Shown: positions 56,664 to 64,000 of the stretch, one piece after another
Layout: each line of letters opens with the position of its first letter
How positions within the stretch are numbered: position 1 is the stretch's first letter
Source of the DNA: an uncultured Planctomycetaceae bacterium
GTDB lineage: Bacteria > Planctomycetota > Planctomycetia > Pirellulales > PALSA-1355
Reading direction: 5' to 3'
Assembly (NCBI GenBank): GCA_963785305.1
Contig: CAWAUV010000007.1
Span: 992,001-1,056,000 of the forward strand
Length of the DNA: 64,000 nucleotides
Translations under genes and position numbers: made by a program
The notes under the pieces: generated by a model
Told to the model about the DNA's origin: nothing
Database searches by the model: none
Seen by the model: only the letters and a program-made list of their open reading frames with translations

Positions 56664-57133
56664 GCAACGCCTTGTCGAAGCGCTTCGTAGAGCACGATCG
56701 CCACCGAGTTCGAGAGGTTCAAACTCCGAGTTTGCGGCCGCATGGGGATTTTCAGCTTCCGTTCGCCAGCCTCGGCAAGCATCGCATCGGGCAAACCTTG
56801 CGATTCGGACCCAAAGACGAGCACATCGCCCGAGACGAACGACGCGTCGACATAGGATCGCCCGGCTTTTTTGGTAAAAAACCAGGGGCGACTCGCGCTC
56901 GGCAAGCGCGCGAGCAGCGCGGCCCAGTCGTCGACCGCTTCCCATTCGAGAAAGGGCCAATAGTCGAGGCCGGCCCGGCGAAGGTAGTAATCGTCGAGGC
57001 GAAAGCCGAGCGGTCGCACCAGCCACAATTTGGCGCCGGTGGCCACGCAAGTGCGGCCGACGCTGCCGGTGTTGTGCGGAATCTCGGGCTGATACAGCAC
57101 CACATGCAAGCAAGGTTCGTATTGGGGCGCCAT
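56660..57133 (-). CDS. trmL: tRNA (cytidine/uridine-2'-O)-methyltransferase
   Basis: VLYQPEIPHNTG, LRRAGLDYW, FGSESQGLP and RSLNLSNS SPOUT motifs. Confidence 0.95.
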   Translation of the reverse strand: MAPQYEPCLHVVLYQPEIPHNTGSVGRTCVATGAKLWLVRPLGFRLDDYYLRRAGLDYWPFLEWEAVDDWAALLARLPSASRPWFFTKKAGRSYVDASFVSGDVLVFGSESQGLPDAMLAEAGERKLKIPMRPQTRSLNLSNSVAIVLYEALRQGVA

Positions 57134-57500
57134 CGGCTACCTATGTGCTCGGGGTTCTCGCGAGGCAATGCAGAGCGCCGCGCTCGATGACGATGCGGAA
57201 CGGGCCGCGGCGGATACCATCGTAAAGCGAGCGCCGACATTTCTCCAGTTTCGCGATTCGCTCAAAGCGAGCGGCCGCCATGTCGATTGAAGCAACCCGC
57301 AACTTGAGCCGAAATTCAGCGCGAAGACCGGCAAACTTTGCCGGTTATTCCTATTGAATCGGCGCCAATCCGGCCGATCAACCCTAAGCGGCCGGAGCCG
57401 CTCGACGCCCGAGGGCAAATCACCGTTGCCGACGGTCATTTGCCCACGGGGTGAGATTCGCCACACGAGAATTCATTCCCTTATCAAAGCGGAATCGCAC

Positions 57501-58259
57501 GTGGAGCGATTGCCAGAGACTGTTTGCCACGCCGGCCAAGGCGGCGCTGCTGGGCGCCTAGCCGCAGTCGCCATGCTCGCGATCTTGGCCGCCGGCTGCG
57601 CCGGGGGGCTGGGCATCGGCGCATGGCCGCCCGGCGCCGCGCCGCCGGGCTCGTGGCAACAAGGTTCCTGGCAACAACGGGCGCCGCAAGAGGGGTTCTG
57701 GCAGCAGGGCGCCGGTTCGCAAATGGGGCAAGGCGGCGGGTCGAGGTCCCATGGCGCCGGGCAATACGATTCCATGCAACGCGAGTCGCAATGCATGCCG
57801 CGAGACGCCAGGATCAACGATGCGGCCTGCAACGAGTACGATGCCGATGGACAACCGCCGACCGCCCGCCTCGGCCAACGCGTGCTCCACGGATGTCGCT
57901 TGCGGCGCTTCATGCCGCAGCCCAATGCCGGTCCGCCCGACGCGGTGCTCCAGACCGGGGCCCAGTTCGACGAGTCCTATATCCCCCGGGCCGCGGTGGC
58001 TCGACATTGTCCGCCGCCCTCGGTCCATACCCGATTTCATCCCGTGCCGACGCATCCGGTGTTCGGCGGTCCCCCGGGTCAGGACGCGCGTCCGCGGCCG
58101 GAGATGGAGCAGTTGCCTCGCGAATACAACAGCACTCCGCGGCGGGAATCGACGCCGAAACCGCACTACGATTGGGACGAACACCTGGAGCGCGAAAAGA
58201 AACTCAAAGACGCCGAACAGAAGGAAGAGCGCCCGCTCCCGATCTACAACTACTGGTAA
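57501..58259 (+). CDS. Hypothetical lipoprotein-like protein
   Basis: Lipobox-like LAAGC, GSWQQ repeats and an RFHPVPTHPVF motif. Start is uncertain. Confidence 0.55.
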   Translation: MERLPETVCHAGQGGAAGRLAAVAMLAILAAGCAGGLGIGAWPPGAAPPGSWQQGSWQQRAPQEGFWQQGAGSQMGQGGGSRSHGAGQYDSMQRESQCMPRDARINDAACNEYDADGQPPTARLGQRVLHGCRLRRFMPQPNAGPPDAVLQTGAQFDESYIPRAAVARHCPPPSVHTRFHPVPTHPVFGGPPGQDARPRPEMEQLPREYNSTPRRESTPKPHYDWDEHLEREKKLKDAEQKEERPLPIYNYW

Positions 58260-58667
58260 GCGCGGGGTGATCGGGAGCGGGGCGGATCGAGCGCGGAATT
58301 AAAAACTTTTTTGATGCCAGAGCGCATCGACCATCGGGGACGCTAGCAATGGCTGCCTCCCCGCGGGTCGAGAGAGCGAACTTTCATCAAGCGTGCAAGC
58401 CGGCGGTTCCAGGGGGGCCCGCCGGCTTGTTTCGCGCGCCCGTGGCGAAATCGAGAGCACGGGCGTCGGCCAAGGCGGATAGCGCGCTAAGGGCGTCAAG
58501 CTGGGGCGGCTTTGCCGGTTGATCGCACGGAATTGGAGCGAGGTTTTCGACGGACCGATTTACCTTTCGTGCTCACGCCGCAAAGGCGCACAAGGCGGCG
58601 CCTTGACGGGCTTCCTCGCTCGCCCGGCGCCAATCGGCGAAATCCATCCCATCGTTGATCCAACATC

Positions 58668-60032
58668 ATGCGCGGTCGACTCCGATCCTTCGAGAATTCG
58701 ACGAGTTCACTCCCGAGAGCGCACCTCGCATGGACCCTTGGCCTGGCGTGCGTGTGCCTGGCGGTCGGAACCAGCTTCGGCTCCGAACTTCGCCACACGG
58801 CCACCGTCCGCGTCGTGCGGCAGGCCCAGGCGTCGGTCGTGAACATCCACGGCCAGAAAACACTCTCGCCCTCGGATGAAGGTTTCCACAAAGGCGATCC
58901 GCCCCAGCGGGTCAACGGCATGGGCACAGGCGTGGTGATCGACGAGCGGGGCTATATCATCACCAACCATCATGTGGTCGATGGCGTCAAGAAAATTCAG
59001 GTCACGCTGGCCGACAAGCAGACCTACATCGCCACGCTCATGAGCCACGATCTGAAAACCGATCTGGCGATCATCAAAATCAACGCCACGCAGAAACTGC
59101 CCGTCATCACGATCGGCACATCGAGCGATCTCATGACCGGGGAGTCCGTGATCGCCATGGGCAACGCCTACGGCTACGAACACACGGTCACCGAGGGCAT
59201 CGTGAGCCAGCAGCATCGCAGCGTGCAAGTCAGCGAATCGCAAAGCTATGAAGACCTGATTCAGACCGACGCCAGCATCAATCCGGGCAATTCGGGGGGG
59301 CCGCTCCTGAATATCGATGGCGAAATGATCGGAATCAATGTGGCGGTGCGGGCCGGGGCGCAAGGCATCGGGTTTGCCATTCCGGTCGACATGGCGATGC
59401 GCATCGCGGCCGATCTCATGAGCATCCGCCGACTCGATGGCGCCTGGCATGGGGTCGTGGCCGGGAACGATGATCCCATGCATCATGAAGTGGTCGTGGC
59501 CGAAGTCGAGCCCGACAGCCCCGCGGCCGCCGCCGGCTTGCAAGCAGGCGACGTGATAGCCTCGGCCGGCAACTGCGAGGTCGCGCGCCGCGCTCGATTT
59601 CGAGCGGGCACTGCTCGGGCATCGGCGGGCGATTCGGTGTCACTCGTGGTGCGGCGTCGTGCGAAGCCGGTCGAACTTTCGCTCAAGCTTGGGCAAGCGG
59701 CGCCGCGAGTCGAGTCGCCGGTGGATCAAGCCTGGGAGGTGATCGGCCTCAAGTTCGAGCCGATTTCGGCGAAGCATTTTCTGCCCCATCAGTCACGCTA
59801 TCACGGCGGACTGTTGATCACGGCGGTGCGGCCCGATAGTCCCGCGGCTCGGCAGTCGATTCGTCGCGGCGATGTGCTGGTGGGCATGCATGTTTGGGAA
59901 ACGGTCACGCCGCAGAACGTGGCCTACATACTAAACCGACCCGATTTCGCCACGATCGAACCGCTCAAATTTTATATCTTGCGGGGCAACGAAACGCTGT
60001 ATGGGCACCTGCGCGTGTCGATGCGGCCATGA
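58668..60032 (+). CDS. HtrA/DegP-like trypsin serine protease with two PDZ domains
   Basis: Catalytic TNHHV, DLAII and GNSGG motifs plus two PDZ units. Probable compensating indels near 59590-59625. Confidence 0.93.
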   Translation: MRGRLRSFENSTSSLPRAHLAWTLGLACVCLAVGTSFGSELRHTATVRVVRQAQASVVNIHGQKTLSPSDEGFHKGDPPQRVNGMGTGVVIDERGYIITNHHVVDGVKKIQVTLADKQTYIATLMSHDLKTDLAIIKINATQKLPVITIGTSSDLMTGESVIAMGNAYGYEHTVTEGIVSQQHRSVQVSESQSYEDLIQTDASINPGNSGGPLLNIDGEMIGINVAVRAGAQGIGFAIPVDMAMRIAADLMSIRRLDGAWHGVVAGNDDPMHHEVVVAEVEPDSPAAAAGLQAGDVIASAGNCEVARRARFRAGTARASAGDSVSLVVRRRAKPVELSLKLGQAAPRVESPVDQAWEVIGLKFEPISAKHFLPHQSRYHGGLLITAVRPDSPAARQSIRRGDVLVGMHVWETVTPQNVAYILNRPDFATIEPLKFYILRGNETLYGHLRVSMRP

Positions 60033-60142
60033 GCGACGCCACGCCGCATGCCGCGGCTTGCGGCCCGATGGCGCCCGTGGCGAGGGGCAAGCGGCCCCGT
60101 CGATTCGCTCACGGCCGCGGATTGCGAAGCCGGCCTCGGTGG

Positions 60143-60171
60143 TTGACGGGCTTTTACGTCGCCCTTAGCTT
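60143..60171 (+). promoter_or_regulatory. Putative sigma-70-type promoter of the DUF1573 gene
   Basis: TTGACG-N17-TAGCTT. Confidence 0.4.
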
Positions 60172-60295
60172 AATAGGAAGAGCTCGGGGGAGCATGGCAC
60201 ACGAATCGCGGGACGATGGAGGCCGGAGCGATCCCCATACGCTCGGCCCCCGGGAACCTGAGCGAACCAAGCTTGTTTGCGGAGAATAAGTCATC

Positions 60296-61339
60296 GTGAG
60301 CATGCCGCGGAAGGCCCCCTGGCTGGCGCTGATGCCGGCGCTTGTGCTGTCGCTGAGCTGCGGCTTGGCGGTCGGGCAGGATTGGGCCATCAAAATGTTC
60401 GATTCCACGTCGCACGACTTTCAAACCGTCGCCCGCGGCGCCAAAGCCACGCATCGCTTCAGAATCAAGAATCTTTATGAAGAGTCGGTGCATATCTCGG
60501 GCGTGCGCAGCAGTTGCGGCTGCACCACGCCGCAGATCGTGAAGCCCGATCTCAAGACGTTCGAGACCGGCGAAATCATCACCGAGTTCAACACCAAGCT
60601 ATTCAACGGCCACAAGTCGGCCACGGTCACGGTCACTTTCGATCGGCCGTTTCCGGCCGAAGTGCAACTGAGCGTCTCCGGATTCATTCGCACCGATGTC
60701 GTGCTCGAGCCGGGCGAGATCGACATGGGCACGGTCGAAGCCGGCGAAGCCGCCGAGAAGATTCTCGGTGTGAGTTACGCCGGCCGCGACGACTGGCGGA
60801 TCGTCGACGCGAAAACCACCGATCCGCATTTTCAGGTCGAGCTGCGCGAGACCGGCCGCGGCGGCGGCCATGTCGGCTATGACGTGGTGGTGCGGCTCAC
60901 GAAAGACGCCCCGCCCGGTTATATCAAGGATCAGTTGATTCTGGTCACGAACGACCCCAAGGAATCGAAGGAATCCGAGATTCCGGTCGACCTCGAGGGC
61001 CGGGTGCTTTCGGCGCTCACGGTGAGTCCGGCCTCGCTCTTCATGGGCGCCGTGGCGCCGGGGCAAACGGTGACCAAACAGCTTGTGATTCGGGGCAAGA
61101 AGCCGTTCAAGATCACGAGCATCGAATGCAAGGACGGCAGCTTCTCGGTCAAGGCGCCCATGGAATCGAAGTCGGTGCATGTAACTCCGGTGGTATTCAC
61201 CGCGGGCGACAAGCCGGGCAAAGTGACCTCGGCGATTCGCATTCACACCGATCAGGGCGAGAGCGGCGTGGCGAAGTGCATGGTGTTTGCCGATGTGGTG
61301 GCGCCCCCGGCCGCCCCCGATCCGCGCCCGACGCCCTAG
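60296..61339 (+). CDS. DUF1573 / Ig-like repeat secreted protein
   Basis: HDFQTVARG and VRSSCGCT motifs; three beta-sandwich units. Confidence 0.85.
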   Translation: MSMPRKAPWLALMPALVLSLSCGLAVGQDWAIKMFDSTSHDFQTVARGAKATHRFRIKNLYEESVHISGVRSSCGCTTPQIVKPDLKTFETGEIITEFNTKLFNGHKSATVTVTFDRPFPAEVQLSVSGFIRTDVVLEPGEIDMGTVEAGEAAEKILGVSYAGRDDWRIVDAKTTDPHFQVELRETGRGGGHVGYDVVVRLTKDAPPGYIKDQLILVTNDPKESKESEIPVDLEGRVLSALTVSPASLFMGAVAPGQTVTKQLVIRGKKPFKITSIECKDGSFSVKAPMESKSVHVTPVVFTAGDKPGKVTSAIRIHTDQGESGVAKCMVFADVVAPPAAPDPRPTP

Positions 61340-61382
61340 CAACTCCGGCGGGAGCTCTTGGCGCCGTTTCCATTCCGCGGCA

Positions 61383-63573
61383 TCAGGCGCCGATCTCGGT
61401 GCGGTCGCCGAGGTCCAAGGCCATCGGTTCGGATGCGGTCGAATCGCTGGGCGCCGAAAAAACGGTCATCGAACACGCCTGCAAGTCGTACACGGCGCCG
61501 GCTTCGAAATACGTGTCGCTGGGAGTGGCGTCGCGGGCGGTGTCGAATTCGATCTTCCACTTTTGACCGTGGCCATTCACGGCCGGCAGGGTGAAGGGAA
61601 TGGCGGCGCCGTGGTCGGCGTTGAAGAGAATCAGCACCGTGTCGCCGTGGATCGCCTCGCCGTGGGAGTCGATGTCGACCTGATCGCCGAATAGCTGCAC
61701 GCCGAGGCACTTCACCCAGCCGGCCCAGCTCGAATCCGACATTTCGGCGCCACTCGGATCGATCCAGGTGATATCGGGCGCTTCGGCGCCCTGGATCGCC
61801 TTGCCGTGGAAGAATCGCCGACGATGAAACACCGGCTGGCTGTTATAGAACGCGAGCAGCCGCCGCGTGAAGTTCAGCAGCGACTGCTTTCGCTCGTCGA
61901 GATTCCAGTCGAGCCAGGAAATCTCGTTGTCTTGGCAGTAGGCGTTGTTGTTGCCGCCCTGGGACTTGCCGAACTCGTCGCCGGCCACCAGCATCGGCGC
62001 GCCTTGCGAGAGAAAGAGCGTGGCCAGCAAGCTGCGTTTCTTGCGCTCGCGGAGGTCGATGATGTCTTGATTGTCGGTCGGGCCCTCGGCGCCGCAGTTC
62101 CAACTCGCGTTGTCGTTGGCGCCGTCGCGATTTTCCTCGCCATTGGCTTCGTTGTGCTTGTGGTCGTAGGACACCAGATCGTTGAGCGTGAAGCCGTCGT
62201 GGGCCGTAATGAAATTCACGCTCGAATGCGGGCGGCGATTGCTCCATTCATAGAGGTCGCTCGAACCGCACAATCGCGTGGCGAACTCGGAAACCGTGCC
62301 GCCATCGCCCTTCCAGAATTTGCGAATGCAGTCGCGATACTTGCCGTTCCATTCGCTCCACAATGTTGGAAAGTTGCCCACCTGATAGCCGCCGCTGCCC
62401 AGGTCCCACGGCTCGGCGATGAGCTTTACCTGCGAAATGATCGGGTCTTGGTGAATGATATCGAAGAAGGCGCCCAGCTTGTCGACGTCGTGCAACTCGC
62501 GAGCCAGGGTGCTCGCCAAGTCGAAGCGGAAGCCATCGATGTGCATGTGCGTGATCCAGTAGCGAAGGCTATCCATGATCATCTGCAAGACCCGAGGCTC
62601 GCGCATGTTGAACGTATTGCCGCAACCGGTGAAATCCATGTAATAGCGCTTGTTTTCCGGCGATAGGCGATAATAGGCCGCGTTGTCGATCCCGCGGAAC
62701 GAGAGCGTCGGTCCCTGCTCGTTGCCTTCGGCCGTGTGGTTGTAAACCACGTCGAGAATCACTTCGATCCCGGCCGAATGCAGATTGCGGACCATGGTCT
62801 TGAACTCGCGCACCACTTCTTGCGGGCCCTCGACCGAGGCATAGCTCTTGTGCGGCGCGAAGAAGGCGAGCGTGTTGTAGCCCCAGTAGTTCGTCAGGCC
62901 ATTGTCGACCAGGTGCCGATCATTGGCGTGGTGATGCACCGGCAAAAGCTCGACGGCCGTGATGCCCAGACCCCGGAGATATTTGATCGCGGCGTCGGTT
63001 CCGAGACCGGCGTACGTGCCGCGCAGTTTCTCCGGCACTTCGGGATTGAGCTGCGTGAAACCCTTGACGTGCATTTCATAGATCACGGTCTTGTGCCAGG
63101 GCACTTGCGGCGGCCGATCACCACCCCAAGTAAAGGCTTCGTCCAGCACCGCGGCCAGCGGCGGCGAATTTCGCATTGTCGCGATCATCGAACGTCAGGT
63201 CTTTCTCCGGGTCGCCGATCTTGTAACCCCAGTCTTCGTCGGCCCACTGCGTCGCGCGGGCGATCGCCTTGCAATAGGGATCGAGCAGCACCTTGTTCGC
63301 GTTGAAGCGGTGGCCGTCGTTGGGAGCGTGGGGGCCATGCACGCGATAGCCATAGACCTGACCGGGCAGCACATCGGGTAAGTAGCCGTGCCAAACCATG
63401 TCGGTCTGTTCCGGCAGCGTGATGCGCTCCGCTTCGCGCTCGGCATCGGCCGAGTCGAACAGGCACAAATCGACTCGCTCCGCGTGCTCGGAATAGAGCG
63501 CGAAGTTCACGCCGCTTCCGTCCCAAGTTGCGCCGAACGGATAGGGCTTGCCCGGCCAAACGCGATGACTCAT
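61383..63573 (-). CDS. glgX: Glycogen debranching enzyme (indel near 63165)
   Basis: PFGATWDGSGVNF, NYWGYNT, DVVYNHTAEG, DGFRFDLA, LIAEPWD and TAHDGFTL motifs. Confidence 0.97.
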
Positions 63574-63825
63574 GGATGCCGTTCTTATTCAAGGGAATGA
63601 GGGGGGAGATTGGTTGGCACCACAAAGCAAATTTCGAGCCGGCGTTTATATTTCGATAACCATGATACATTTCGCCAATCGCAAAAGGCTCGTTACCTCC
63701 GCGCCGCGGGTTGCGGTCGTTTGTAAGCCCGATTGGCGGAGCAGCGACCAGCGGCGCCAGTCCGATCGACCGCCCCCGTGGCGGTTTCGGGTCCAGCACA
63801 CGGCAATTGCGACCGGCGCCAGCGA

Positions 63826-64000
63826 TCAACTTTTCGCCAGCGACCAGAGCGGCGCGAGTCCGATCGTGGCGCGCAGCAGCAGGGTCACGACCAAATAGAA
63901 TCCGTAGTGGATCGAGCCACTGGCGAAGTCGATGTCGAAGCTGGCCCAGGCCGCCGCGGCCCCGATCGCGACGAACAGCGGCCCGACGAAGAGCCATTCC
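63826..64000 (-). CDS. 3' end of a membrane protein (partial)
   Basis: Hydrophobic frame EWLFVGPLFVAIGAAAAWASFDIDF...HYGFYLVVTLLLR...LAKS* runs off the window edge. Confidence 0.6.
   Translation of the reverse strand, partial: EWLFVGPLFVAIGAAAAWASFDIDFASGSIHYGFYLVVTLLLRATIGLAPLWSLAKS

Overview
High-GC chromosomal segment from a planctomycete, probably Pirellulales-like. This is inferred from the DUF1501 plus PSCyt/DUF1549/DUF1553 pair, DUF1573, DUF1080, a GYF_2 protein, an LEPRxLL-type leader and a planctomycete J-like domain. Housekeeping genes present: nadK, dnaA, sucA-sucB, guaA, rnd, trmL, an htrA-like protease and glgX. It also holds a prkA-yeaH-spoVR operon with a fourth coupled gene, an S53 peptidase and many lineage-specific secreted proteins. 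More than 20 genes, including essential ones, are split by small indels, which most likely reflects an unpolished long-read assembly, so many coordinates join two or more frames. The most interesting accessory content is: (i) a compact copper/heavy-metal locus (Cys-rich secreted leader ORF, periplasmic double-HMA protein, CusB-type adaptor and lipoprotein sharing a CCxGC domain) with no RND pump or TolC nearby; (ii) two small AT-richer toxin-like islets (an R-S-H ADP-ribosyltransferase-like ORF abutting nadK, and a disrupted HEPN gene with a truncated partner); (iii) two sigma-54-type promoters and a short palindrome found twice about 45 kb apart. I recognised no rRNA, tRNA, CRISPR array, transposase or integrase. 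Family names come from recalled motifs, not from database searches.
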